Positions 1 through 12,907 of a stretch of DNA of 64,000 nucleotides are shown one piece after another (position 1 is the first letter of the stretch; each line of letters opens with the position of its first letter). The notes below the pieces were generated by a model, which saw only the letters and a list, made by a program, of their open reading frames with translations, was not told the DNA's origin and searched no databases. Origin of the DNA: Eledone cirrhosa (taxonomy: Eukaryota); assembly GCA_964016885.1 (NCBI GenBank), contig OZ024743.1, positions 77,996,001 through 78,060,000 of the forward strand, given 5' to 3'. The position numbers were made by a program, and so were the translations under genes.

Positions 1-121
1 TATTTAATTGTGCTTTCACAGATTGATTTTTTTAGTTTCAGAAGATCTCGTTAAGGGTAAAAGCAGCAATTCTTTGCTTAAACTTTAATCTGTTATTTTA
101 ATAAATATTATATATATATTA

Positions 122-223
<102 letters not shown>

Positions 224-246
224 TAATATACATTCATGTATACATC

Positions 247-756
247 GCTCTGAAATAGCGATGTATACATGAATATATGTATAGTATATTTGGCAATATA
301 CTGTATGCTTAATTAAAAACATTTTGAAGACCTTGCGCTATTGTTTGTTGAAAAAAGAAGTAAGTGACATAGTCACTACTTTAAAATAATAGCTTAAGGT
401 CTTCAAAATGTTTTTAATTAAGCATACAGTATATTGCCAAATATACTATACATATATTCATGTATACATTGCTATTTCAGAGCACCAATCCTAATTTTCA
501 ATATATGCTGGACCAGCAATCGTTCTGTATAATCAGTTCCTGATTATTACTGGAATTCTATAAGAATCCAGTATCTATAATTTTCAACAAACATCGGCGA
601 GTGCTAAGCTCTGATGATCACCAACAGTGTGAAACAGATCTGTCAGCTTATCTCCCTTTGTTTGTTGAAAAAAGAAGTAAGTCACATAGTCACTACTTTA
701 AAATAATAGCGGAAGGTCTTCAAAATGTTTTTAATTAAGCATACATACAGTATATA
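247..756 (+). mobile_element. Non-coding HHR-bearing repeat (retrozyme-like or PLE-derived): inverted arm plus ~1.3 monomers of ~317 nt
   Basis: 247-333 is the reverse complement of 396-483. 341-433 recurs directly at ~658-756. Hammerhead at 605-650. No ORF between the direct repeats. Confidence 0.65.
605..650 (+). ncRNA. Minimal type I hammerhead ribozyme
   Basis: TAAGCT-CTGATGA-T-CAC(CAACA)GTG-T-GAAA-CAGATCTG-TC-AGCTTA: stem I TAAGCT/AGCTTA, palindromic stem III ACAGATCTGT, GUC cleavage triplet. Confidence 0.8.
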
Positions 757-923
757 AGCACAAGGCCAGCAATTACCCAGTACATTACTGGTACTTTATT
801 TTATCGACCCCGTAAGGATGAAAGGCAAAGTTAACCTCGGCAGGATTTGAACTCAGATTGTAAAGGGACGTAACTATGCTAGAAAGCATGGCGTCCAACC
901 CTCTACCGATACTGCCAATTCAC
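757..923 (-). mobile_element. tRNA-derived SINE (MetaSINE/MESC-like core)
   Basis: The minus strand has A-box-like TGGCAGTATCGG, B-box GAGTTCAAATCC and core CCTTTCATCCTTACGGGGTCGATAAAATAAAGTACC. Near-identical copy at 48259-48448. Confidence 0.8.
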
Positions 924-2314
924 ACGATAGATAATGATTACAATATTTGTGAGTAAAGACTCTAGTCCCACACTTTTGAAGGTTTATTATAACATCCTGT
1001 GGCTCTTTTGAGCTTGCGCATTTTTCATGTCTAGTTTAATATTTTTTTTAAGGCATCGATTGTAATAACTCTAGTTAAACATGATATATATTAATAATAA
1101 ATTATCGTTGTAATGTAATTAGATTATATAATTGTTATTATAAATGATCTTATAAATATGAGTGTAAGATGTATAAAAATATTTTCAGACTTTTAATATA
1201 AACAACAACAAAAAACAATCAATATTAAATCAATATATTATACATAATAGAAAACATAAAATAAATAAACAATATAAAAATAAATTATTTACATACAATT
1301 GCAATTATCAGTCTATATAAATTTTCTTTATTCCCTGAGCAAATTAATGAGATTTGTTCTTATTGCCCATAATTTGATGACTTTTTGGAGTGTATTAAAA
1401 GATAACAACAATTTGTGATTAAATTGTTATCTTAAGCAACGCCCTTTTTAATAGTTGTTGGCTGAGCGAAATTGGAAAAGCCTATGAGCAAATATTTTAA
1501 AAAATACACAAACTACATTTCCCTGTAATCGGAACTCTGCCTATACTCGATTGCAATATATAAAGAGGAACAAGATACAAAGATATATTTCTTTATTTGG
1601 CACAAGGGCGCAAACAAATGGGACATTACAGAAGATGAATATACGCTATTTTGAAGTGTTTAAAATTTTTTTACAAACAAAAATTTAGAATCGTTTTGTA
1701 CAAATGATAAATTAAAAAATATTTGTACAAACTTTTACGATAGACTTTCATCTTATCTATTGACCGCCTAACCCTAACCCTAACGTCAATATATTACATT
1801 TGTTTTAAAAATAGTTAATATGAATTTAAAAAAATCATATAACGACGAAATAACAAAAATAAATGAACTAGGAAAACAAACAAAAAAACATGGCGGATGC
1901 TTTTGAGCAACACTTACTCTGATTGGTTGAAAATTAGCCAATGGCATGTAATCACCACGGCCACGGTCAGACCTTGAAAAAAAAATTGACGATCTACACA
2001 TATATGTTAGAACACTAAAGTGACTAAAACATTCTGTTGTTAGTCACTTCGTGTCTAACAGATATATACTGTATATATATATATATGCTATATCAGTGAC
2101 CTGACAACCAATACAATTTCCTATCTAGTAATATCAATGAAGTTCAAGGCCATTATTAGTTCGTTGTTTAGAAGGATAGGGGAAATTATGTATAACTGTC
2201 AATAAAAATTTCTAAAATTTCGCATTCTTCTTATGTAATTTTATAAACCATTTTATAACATCGTTAGTATTTCTCCATAGATTAGTTACTAATGAAACCC
2301 ACCCTTCTCTCTCC

Positions 2315-2393
<79 letters not shown>

Positions 2394-2399
2394 AATATA

Positions 2400-2459
<60 letters not shown>

Positions 2460-2466
<7 letters not shown>

Positions 2467-3022
2467 ATACTTGGGGAGGGTCATATTTGCGTAATATTGC
2501 CAGAATTAATAACAGAACACACTCACTGTTTGGTTGGTTTTTGCTTCTCGCTGTCTTTTATATCTGCGATCTAACTTACTCGGTCCTCAATGTTGCCATT
2601 GACTGACCGACGGTCAAAAACAAGCAAATAAATAAATAAATATATAGACAGACTGAATAAAAAATGGCGTTGACATACAACACAACAGGAGGAAAAAAAA
2701 TATATATATATAACACCACTGACGATGTTGCAGATGTGCAACGAAAGATTTATGTAAATTATGTAAACTATATATATGTGTTTGTGTCTATATTGTATCT
2801 GTATTATTTTTGACCGTCGGTCAGTCAATGGCAACATTGAGGACCGAGTAAGTTAGATCGCAGATATAAAAGACAGCGAGAAGCGAAAACCAACCAAACA
2901 GTGAGTGTGTTCTGTTATTAATTCTGGCAATATTACGCAAATATGACCCTCCCCAAGTATAACAATATCTGTTTCGACACACGATTTCATATAAAAAACC
3001 TCGCTAAACTAATTCATCGCCG

Positions 3023-3023
<1 letters not shown>
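2460..3023. mobile_element. PLE family A terminal remnant with inverted pseudo-LTR
   Basis: 2460-2619 is inverted relative to ~2808-2967 and matches the end of the PLE at 21816-24300. HHR core CTGACGA..GAAA at 2719-2746. Both ends abut (TA)n. Confidence 0.8.
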
Positions 3024-3085
<62 letters not shown>

Positions 3086-3103
3086 AAAGAATAAGAGAAT
3101 CAG

Positions 3104-3546
3104 TGTTGCGACGAATGGAATTGATTGGACATATTACAATCGCTTCTCTGGCGATCAACTCGGGGCACGATCGATGTGATGATCGAACCTGACTCTGAAA
3201 ATCGCAAGGTCCTCAGATACTTCTAGATTCTACGAAGCAGATTTTCCTAATGTCCTTTTACATCGATATCCTTCGCCTGTCGGCTTAGATCCTGTTGTTT
3301 TCATTCCGTGAGTGGTCAAGAATTGTACACGTCATCGATATTTCTAGCCACTCATGGTTGTCCACTATTTGGTTCTTTTCATACTCCACCTGTCAATCAA
3401 AGTTGTTTCTTAGATCGGAATTACTACTGTAGTAGGTGAGGGGTTGTATGCTTGAACTGCTGGCGGCCCTTTGGCGTCTTCTCTGTCTGTAGGCGCCCTC
3501 GCTCACACCGATCACGCGAACACCCGCAACTGTATTGTATGCGACA
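3104..3546. mobile_element. Candidate solo LTR
   Basis: Starts TGTTGC and ends GCGACA (TG..CA with a short imperfect inverted repeat). Flanked by ATCAG/ATCAC, a 5-bp TSD with one mismatch. GC is higher than the flanks. Confidence 0.45.
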
Positions 3547-4561
3547 ATCACCGTAAATTAAGCTTGGAGGGAATTTTTAAACCAAATTAGAAAAATATTT
3601 AGCATAACGTTTCAAGAACACAGCCTCGGAATACCTTAAAACATACATATCTCAGAAAGAAAGAACTCTGTACAAAGAACGTTTTTAAATGAATGCTTGG
3701 AACAGCCTTTCAAAATAAAGGTTATTCGAAGGAATTTTTGATAAATATACACATATCTACGCTCACACACTGTACTCAGGGAAACGTGTATAGTTAAGAA
3801 GCTACACATATATACACAGATGAAAAAAAGAAAGATCTACACATAGGCATTCATACCCTTACACATACATGTTCATACAAATACATCCACCCAGACATGT
3901 GTAACACGTGCGCATGCATATTTGCGTGGACACACATACATACATGTACCCGCGTATGTGCATGCTTGTACATTACCGAAGGCACATACTGAATACCCTC
4001 TCATCCGTACACACACGCGCAAAAAAACGTTATAAATATATTAAAAAAAGTCGGAAAGATAAAGAAAGTAATCATATAACTTACAGGGAGAAAAATAATA
4101 GTCTTATATAAAAAAATCTAAAAATATTCCTGATATTGCAAAATTTAGGCTTCAACACAATGTCATTTTAAAGAATTATTTGAGGAGTCTAGATGTTGAA
4201 AATGGTAGTGTTCAGCCACTTGGATATTTTGAGGAAGAAGCAAATTTGAATAGCTAGAATGTGTACAATAGTAGTTGAACTGGTCATTTAGGAGAGGCTG
4301 CTGCTTGCATGGTTCTAGTGGTCGTTTCTGTTGCTGTTGTTGGTTCTGTGGTTGTTGTTGTTGGTGCTTTGGGTGGACAATATTTGAAGTAAAATGCCTG
4401 TGGACTAATTTGAAAGACACTTCAAAGTACCTCATATAATCTTCGTTTATATATATATAAATATATATAAAAATGTTGAGTATATGTTGGTTGTATTACT
4501 ATATATAGCAGTACATCTTTAATAAACGAAGCCAAATTTTAAATATTTGATTTAATTATTT

Positions 4562-4632
<71 letters not shown>

Positions 4633-4691
4633 CAAGTAATGCACCAAGAAAATTATAAACTTCGGCGAGCAAGGAAATTAGGAATTTATTT

Positions 4692-4803
4692 GCTTTAACA
4701 TATGTTTCCGTGTCTATTTTAATTGTCTACATATGTTGACTACAATATATATTGTTCAATCATATGCAATACTTAAGTATTTTCACACACTTCATCAAAA
4801 AGC
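4692..4803 (-). ncRNA. Hammerhead-like motif with long stem II insert (core C3U variant)
   Basis: Minus strand: GCTTT-TTGATGA-agtgt..~70 nt..acacg-GAAA-CATATG-TT-AAAGC. Stem I GCTTT/AAAGC, palindromic stem III ACATATGT. Confidence 0.6.
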
Positions 4804-5401
4804 TTATAATTGTTTGTGGAAGTGACTATCCACCACGCGGTAGAATTCAGGAATGGGAAGTTAAGTATAAAAATGCTATTTACGCTTAAGAAAATATAAA
4901 ACAGGAATAAATCAAAATGACAATAAAAAATAGAATAAAACAAAATGCAGTAAGTTAGTGTGATAAAGAAGGCATTGGAGTTTCACTCTCAGAAGTTGAT
5001 TCAGCAGCCAGCTTGACAGGCGAAATAGGCAGCAGTAACAACTATCACTACCATTAACAAGCGGAAGGCAACGACAGCAACAGTGACAATAACAACAACA
5101 ACAGCAATTTTCAGGATTTATAGACTCATCTTTAGCTACATGGTTCCAAGAGAAACTGTTAACATGCTCACATGTGCGCATACAAATCTCTGGGTCTTTT
5201 CCGCTGGGAACAGCCCCTGGTTTTGCTTGTCCACCTATTTATTTATTATTTTCTCGTGTGTCCCCCTCCATGCCCCTCCCCTTTTTTTGTCTAGTCTTCT
5301 GTTGCCTCCGGATATGGCGTAGTTGAGCTATGAGGCCTCCCTCATATCAGCACGCTGCCCACATCCCCTGATTCTGTTTTTTCCCTTCCACCCACATACC
5401 G

Positions 5402-6684
5402 TTGAACCTAACGCCCAGGCCGGTGACAACCAGCCACTTGCAGTTGAGGCCATTTAGTGCTCCAGTCACCGGCGCCACCACTCATCCTTCATACCCACAA
5501 GTCGACACCTGCAGCACTTGCAGTACCACGAACAGGCAAAAGAGGGGCCGGAACTGTTCGGGGTGCGGCTGTTTCCACCACCTTACTTGTGTTGGCTTGA
5601 CGCGTCGAGCCACCAGTGCCCTAAAGGCGTGGAGATGCAGCCACTGTCTCTTCCCATTGTCTGCTCAGCCGCGGCCGTCCACTACACCACCAGATGAGAC
5701 AGCGAGCTTGTCTGATGCTGAAGCCTCACTGGTCAACACCGCTCGGCTCAGGCGGCTCCGGAAGATTCCGCTCAAGATCCTGACAGCAGCCCGTGTGCCG
5801 GTAGCCGATGCACTCGCCTCCTCAATCGAGAGGAACCTGGACTCTAATCAAGCCTGCGACTGGGAGCGCCTTTTTTATTTCGCCTCACTCGCCCTCGGCC
5901 TCCCCAACTCTGGCGCTGACCAAGGTGGCCTGTCACAGATTTTGTCAAGGCCAATGTTTCGATCTTTGGGCAAGCGCTCATCGCAAGTATGCCGAACAAT
6001 ATCACACTCTCTGCTCTCGGGTGTCTTCAATCCTCCACCTCTGAGGCCAGCGCAAAGCGTTTACACGAGCGCGTAAACGCCATACTAATCATGGGTGATA
6101 TCTCGGCTGCAGTTAGAGTGGTTTCCTCGGAGGACACTGTCCTCCAACCCACAGAGGAGGTCCTGGCTGCCCTGCGGATCAAGCACCCTGAGCCACCTGT
6201 CGACCTTAGACCCATACCCCCACCAGATCCTCACTTGCTCTTTGTGACTTCCGACGCAGACATTATGTCTGCCATCTAGTCCTTCCCAGTCAGCAGCAGC
6301 GGAAGTGCTGATGGCCTCCGACCTGGCCACCTCAAGGAATTTTTATTCCCCCTCCGCTGAGGCCGGGCGCCGCCTTCCTAGTGCAATTGTGGCACTCACT
6401 AATAGGTTCATTCATAGTGCCCTGGATCTTCATGCCCGATGTCTCTTTTTTTCAGCTAGCCGGACCGTTCTCATGAAGAAAGATGGTGGCATAGGCACCA
6501 TCGCTGTGGGCAATGTCTTCCGGAGGCTGGCCGCTAAGCCGGTCTGCAGGTCCATCACACCTGATCTGGGCGAGGAGCTCATCCCAGTGCAACTGGGTGT
6601 CGGCGTGTCCGGTGGCTCTCGGATGCGGGGGGGGGGGGGGGGGGGCATGCAACCAAGCAGTTCTTCAGCAGTTGCCCACAGGCA
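5402..6684 (+). mobile_element. CRE-clade non-LTR retrotransposon, 5' part, frameshifted and truncated in RT
   Basis: PHD-like finger CSTC..CSGC..HLTC..WRCSHC, then GDISAAVRVVSSEDT..LRIKHP, KKDGGI.TIAVGNVFRRLAAK and QLGVGVSGG across frames. These are typical CRE RT N-terminal motifs. Confidence 0.75.
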
Positions 6685-8890
6685 CCATACGGTGGACTGT
6701 TTCACATTGAGGAAGGCCCTCTATTATTCCAAAATTGACTGCTGATGGTTTGTCAAACAGGTCAGTAAAATGTTCCTCCCAACGCTGAAGGATTTTTGAT
6801 GGCTCTTTGGTGATGATATTGGCATCGTCTTTAGATCTCAGAGGAGTTACTGAGGATATTGGTGGGCCGAAGACTTGGCGTATCAATGAGTAAAATGACT
6901 TCGAATCTTTGGTGTTAAAAGCTGTTGGATTTCCGAAGAGATATTACTCCACTACTCATTTTGCATCCTGCGCAGTTCGCGTTGCAGTGATGCCTTGTGA
7001 TCTATGTAGGCTTTCCTGACAGCTGGTTGTGCTACGGGATTCTGATTCAGAAGTTTTTCAGAGAGAGTGTGCTTGGTTTTCAGATGCTGATTGATATTAG
7101 GATTGTTGTCATAGAACCAGTCCTGGTGTTTCTTGGTTCTGAAGCCAAGTACCTCAGCTCCCACTGAGTAAACTTTATCTCTAAAGTTTTCCCAGGTGCC
7201 TTCAAAAGACCATCAAATCTTTCAGTTAGGGTTGCATGCACATCTGCTTGTCTCAATTTGGTGACATCAATGCGTTTCGGTATTTTCACTCCACTAATAC
7301 GAATTCTTTTGTGAATACTCATCTCGAACTTTCCTCGCACTAATTTGTAGTCGCATTCTGCACTACGCAACACACGCACTATACATACATCTCTTCCACC
7401 TCGTTTAAGAGTGATGATGAAATCAATCATGTGTCCATGCTTGGATTTGGATGATATCAGGTATATTTATATTTGACCTTCTGACGGAAAAGAGTGTTGC
7501 AGACGGTTAAGTTGAGTTCTGAGCAGAGTTCAAGCAACCTCAGGTCGCTGGTTTCCATTTTACCAATACCAAATGGATCGAGGGCGCCCCATGTCTCGTG
7601 ATCACTCCCACACGAGCATTAAAATGACCGAGAAGTAATAATTTATCGTCAGCAGGTGTGCATGCAATGGCAGCACGAAGAGACTCATAGAAAGAATCAA
7701 TGACCATCTCACTGGAATATAGGTTTGGTGCATAAACAGATAAAAGTGTTACATAACAGTCATGTCTCAGAGGAATACAAAGCTTCATAATGCGATCGGT
7801 TACACCAATAGGACATTCTATACGATCAAGCAGGGGTGTTCTAATGGCAAAGCCAACACCGCCCTCTCTCCGTTTAGCTATGGGTTTACCTACCCCAAAA
7901 CGAGAGAAGCCTGATGATGTTTTGGACTTGGTGTTAAACAGTCTTAGATTAAATACTTTGCCAGAAGTTCTAATTCACAAGTATACACCGATTTAGAAGG
8001 CTTGGAATGCATATGTCAGCACCCCGGCAAAGTAGATGGAGAACAGAGTGGATGCAAGTATGTCGTCTTGCTTCACACCATTTTCCACTGATATTGGCTC
8101 TGACAGTGTCCCTTTGAAGTTCACTTTTGCTTTCATATTTTTATGGAGTTTTTTTTAATATTCCAACAAATTCATGGGGGAATACAAGTTTCCCTAATAT
8201 AACCCACAATGCACTACCATTAACAGTATCGAAGGCTTTGGTAGGGTCTGCAAATACTTGGTATAGTGACACTTGTTGCTCAACACATTTCACCATAAGC
8301 TGTTGGGATGAGAAAATCATGTCCATAGTACCCCGGCCAGCTCTGAATCCACACTGGGTCTCAGGGATGACAACAGGGCAGATCCATTTTATTAGATGAT
8401 TCAGCAAGACATTGGATAAGACTTTCCTACTGATGCGAGCAGACTTATACCATGACAATCACCACATTCCGAATTGGAGCCCTTGCTCTTGTAAATCGAG
8501 AGCCTATGAACGGCTGTAGCAGTAGACCTTAACTCATCAATGGTTGGATCATTGATCTGTTACAGTCTCTTTTTGAGGCAGTCCATTAATACTTTCCTCA
8601 TCAACTACTGATGGGTTGTCAAACAGATATTTAAAGTGTTTAGTCCACTGACTCATGATTCCCGTTGGATCTACGATGAGGGCGTTCCCATCTTTTGACT
8701 TCAATGGTACCACTTTTTAGGGCTGTGGACCAACAATCTTGCCTTATTTTGCTGTATAATGCCTTCAAGTCTCTGCAGCTATAAGCCCTATGCATCTCTT
8801 TTGAAACTTCACACCATCAGTTATTCTTTATCTTTCGAGTTTTACATTGCAGTTTTGATTTGGCGTTTTGAGGCTCACTAGAGTTCATGA
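6685..8890 (-). mobile_element. Two tandem RTE-clade LINE fragments (RT part followed by APE endonuclease part), degenerate
   Basis: PETQCGFRAGRGTMDMIF and FADPTKAFDTV (RT) at 8141-8458. Junction at ~7915. Then GVGFAI, LLSVYAP, G(H/D)FNARVG and IDFII (APE). Inverted copy at 61560-63758. Confidence 0.85.
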
Positions 8891-8899
8891 CTAAAGATG

Positions 8900-9400
8900 T
8901 GAACAAAAGTGTCATGGTGATAGAGGAGGAGAATCTTATGGAAGACACATAAGAACAAAGAACTGTAAGTAACAGTTAAGAACTACTATAACCTCATATC
9001 TGTAATATTCTGTTTGACAGTTTTGTGATATGATATACTTCAAAAGGTGAAACATGCTACAGATGTCAGTAGAATCTGGCTAGAAGACAAAGGAAGCCAT
9101 TCCAACTAAGTGTTAAAAGAAGAAATAACGGATGAAAGTTTTGTTGAAGAGAGTAGAGAAAGCAAGGATGATGAAAATGGTGACCCCACCCTCCTTGTGA
9201 AGGATATCCAATTCTCTGTTATATATGTGAGAACCCCTGATGGTAAAATTGTGAACATTGATTTATCAACAGAAACTAAAACTCAACTCATTCTTTGAGT
9301 GCCAGTTTGTTCCAACCCTGCTGCAGCTGTTATGCTGACTGATATTGATGACTCACCTTCTGTTAGTCACATCAAATGAGGAGGAGGTGGTGGTGATAAG
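8900..9400 (+). pseudogene. Possible spliced gene fragment (acidic exon-like sequence with a 56-nt intron)
   Basis: GTAAGT donor at 8965 and TTCTGTTTGACAG acceptor ending at 9020. Acidic ORF 9110-9298 with stops nearby. No recognisable domain. Confidence 0.3.
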
Positions 9401-9476
9401 GAAAACAAATAAATATTCGTTAAAAGACTTCAGTTGCATTTTCGATCTCTTCTACTTATATATATATATATAGAGA

Positions 9477-12456
9477 GAGAGATTACAGTAATCAAAGTTC
9501 AGTTTAAGTCATTTATTTGCTTACAATTGTTTCCTCCAAACCGAGGTTTGAATTCTTCGGAGCAGTTATTTATAACATACTTGACCTCCTTTTCAACCCA
9601 AGAGACACATAAAACATATGTGCATATTGATCAACAGTGGGGTGACATTCATCAAATGAAATAGCATGGCAATTTACATATAAAGTGTTACATGATAAAA
9701 ATAAAGTGTTACATGATAAAAATAAAATAAAATAAAAGCAAGAGTGAAAATAAAGATAATGACAGTCAAAGTAACATTATAACAAATAACCGTAATATCA
9801 ATGGAATTAGTAGTAATAGCACTAGTGTAAACATTAACGCTGCGTACCACAACCCGCATAACCATAACCCTATAGCTAACCTCCAAACTTCTACACAGCA
9901 TAGTAACCGGCAGACTAGCACCCAGAGTAATTGTAACTGTAGATCAAGTATAACCTGCCCTTTAGATAAAAAATGCTTAACCAAGGATATCATATACTCA
10001 TGTACAGTCACAACTAACAAAATAAAATAAAATAAAAGCAAGAGTGAAAATAAAGATGATGACAGTCAAAGTAACATTATAACAAATAACCGTAATATCA
10101 ATGGAATTAGTAGTAATAGCACTAGTGTAAACATTAACGCTGCGTACCACAACCCGCATAACCATAACCCTATAGCTAACCTCCAAACTTCTACACAGCA
10201 TAGTAACCGGCAGACTAGCACCCAGAGTAATTGTAACTGTAGATCAAGTAGAACCTGCCCTTTAGATAAAAAATGCTTAACCAAGGATATCATATACTCA
10301 TGTACAGTCACAACTAACAGCTCTTCTGAAACCTACATAGGCTCCACTTCTAACTGCTTCAAAACTAGATACAATTCGCACCTCCACTCTTTCAAAAAAC
10401 ACAGTCTAGCTACATACACTATCTAGCTACATACACTATCTAAAAACTAAAAATAAAATATATACACTTAAATGGGAAGTGGTAGGTAGTGCAACATCGT
10501 ACAAACCACCTGATAAATTTTGTAACCTCTGTCTACTAGAGACCCATACTATCATCTTCTCTAAACGTAATCTCCTTAATAAAAAATCAGAAGTGTTCGC
10601 AAATTGCCAACACCGCTTCCGACACTCGTTCCAAAACTTTAAACCCTATATATAATAATGTCAGACTGGAACCGGCACCACCCCTAGCAATTAACATCAG
10701 TAGCACACCTTACACCCCACATCCACACCCATCTATATACTCTAAAGATAATACTGACAGCATTTGAGTGCCACCTACCCTAGGAATACCCCCTTGTACC
10801 TCTAATACCGATATACCGACCGTAAACTACTTATTCTGCATTGCACAAATATAAGATTAGTATAAACTGGGGACACGGTACTGGTTGTGATAGCATAGTC
10901 CTATGCATGGATTACCACCAAGAGATAGATTGATGATTAGATAAATAATCGTTTTGTTAAGTGAGTATATACTGTAGGCGATCAGTTCATTGAATTATGC
11001 ACGTAATCATCTTGATGTGGACTCCTTTAATACCTATTAATAGACTCCACTCTAGCTTGGAGATGTGATACATAATTGATTTATATTTGAGACGGGGGTT
11101 GTCTATTACCTGATGGCCAGACTAGTTTATATGAGAGATCGGATCTCCGAACCACACCGAAGATTTACTGGATTTGCAGGCAAGCAATGACCCGGAGCCT
11201 ACCGGGTGACATATATAATAGTGGGACCATACCAGGTCCTACTGTTGTATTACATTTGTATTGAGCAGTGACTTGAGAGTCCGACTCCTCTTATAGAACG
11301 TTCAGATATGACACCCCTTAATTATTGGTTGGCAATCATCCTAGTATATACACCCTTGTAATTCTTAATGAACAACCCTCTAACTTATAAATGGGTACCA
11401 TACTCTAGATATTAGTTATAACTTCACATGATAGGCACGTATTTGAATCACCATTAATGTAGTTTAGCATAGTAATGTAACTAAAATAACTAGCTAGTTA
11501 CCTCCCCTTACGCATTAGTTCCCCTTAATCATTCAGGCACTTCCGGAATTTGGACAGCATGATATATTAATTAAGAACCGACTGGATACCGTTTATAGCT
11601 TGACTATATACTGAACCACTGCGAATTATAAGATAGACGCATGTTCTCTATATATATATTGCGTCTCATGGATTATGTGAGGGGTGGTGTGAGCAAGGAC
11701 AGTGGTACGACCTTGCCTACGATACAATAAGGTTTATAGTATGTTGAAGGTTTTTGATATTTTGGTGTTTCCCTGCATCCGAGACTGTATATCATACAGA
11801 TGTATGAGAATAAATAACTTAATGATTCACCATATATTATAAGATCAATTGCCTGCTTCAACTGCATGACCCTGCAAATATCATTCTGACGCACTCTAAT
11901 CATGTATAGATAGGACAAGCGTGCATGCTACACGGGAGATTGCTTCATGCACTGACTACTCTAAGCTTTCCTCTTGCTTTATCTTCATAGACTGCCAACG
12001 CTTCATGTTTATCTTTATTTTCACTCTTGCTTTTATTTTATTTTATTTTTATCATGTAACACTTTATTTTTATCATGTAACACTTTATATGTAAATTGCC
12101 ATGCTATTTCATTTGATGAATGTCACCCCACTGTTGATCAATATGCACATATGTTTTATGTGTCTCTTGGGTTGAAAAGGAAGTCAAGTATGTTATAAAT
12201 AACTGCTCCGAAGAATCCAAACCTCGGTTTGGAGGAAACAATTGTAAGCAAATAAATGACTTAAACTGAACTTTGATTACTGTAATCTCTATATAACTGC
12301 TCTGTATAACAACTGATGTTATTACATTGAGCTATTTATCTTACTGGTAATAGGATAGTAATTAAAGACTATCTCTCACTATTTAGGGTTTGTGTATATA
12401 TAATATATTACCATCAAAGGTTTTATTGCATACATAACCATAAATAGTACCCTTAA

Positions 12457-12460
<4 letters not shown>
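9477..12460 (+). mobile_element. 5'-truncated Nematis-like PLE with inverted pseudo-LTR
   Basis: 9477-9759 is inverted relative to ~12009-12290. GIY-YIG remnant CNCRSSRTCPLDKKCLTKDIIYSC..TYIGST..CNLCLLE at ~10230-10655. 300-bp tandem duplication 9721-10320. Long 3' UTR. Confidence 0.85.
12204..12250 (+). ncRNA. Hammerhead variant (CCGAAGA core); inverted copy at ~9518-9564
   Basis: TGCT-CCGAAGA-aTCCAAACC(TC)GGTTTGGAg-GAAA-CAATTG-TA-AGCA. Confidence 0.65.
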
Positions 12461-12499
<39 letters not shown>

Positions 12500-12501
<2 letters not shown>

Positions 12502-12870
12502 GGAAAATATGAACAGGAACAAAACAAAGAGGCAGTACAACGAATGTTTATTAATTTCACGCTCTTGAGAGTGGGGTGGTGGTGGGGAACGACGTTTCGG
12601 GCATAAGCCCTTCTTCAGGTGAAAAGTATGTAGGAAGAGAGTTCAAAGGGTGTGTAGGGGAGTGGTGGAGAGACATATAGCAAAAGGGAGGTGAGAGGAA
12701 ACGGTGCAAATGAAATTAAAAATAAAAGCATGATCAAAATAAAATTAAAATGGGGTAAAACAGGTGGTGGAAGGGTGTGGGGCGTGTAGGGGTGGTGGCG
12801 GGTGGAGTGGGGAGAGGGAGACGGGGTGTCCGAGCGGGGAGGGCTGAAGGTGGTGTGTGTGTGTAGGTGT

Positions 12871-12907
<37 letters not shown>

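Noticed and set aside
1767-1784. Telomere-like CCTAACCCTAACCCTAAC
   Set aside because: Only ~3 units, which is common inside invertebrate repeats. No evidence of a telomere-healing event.
4163-4435. 90-aa Gln-rich ORF on the minus strand
   Set aside because: No recognisable domain. The poly-Q derives from a CAA/CAG repeat and there is no supporting exon chain. A terminal exon cannot be fully excluded.
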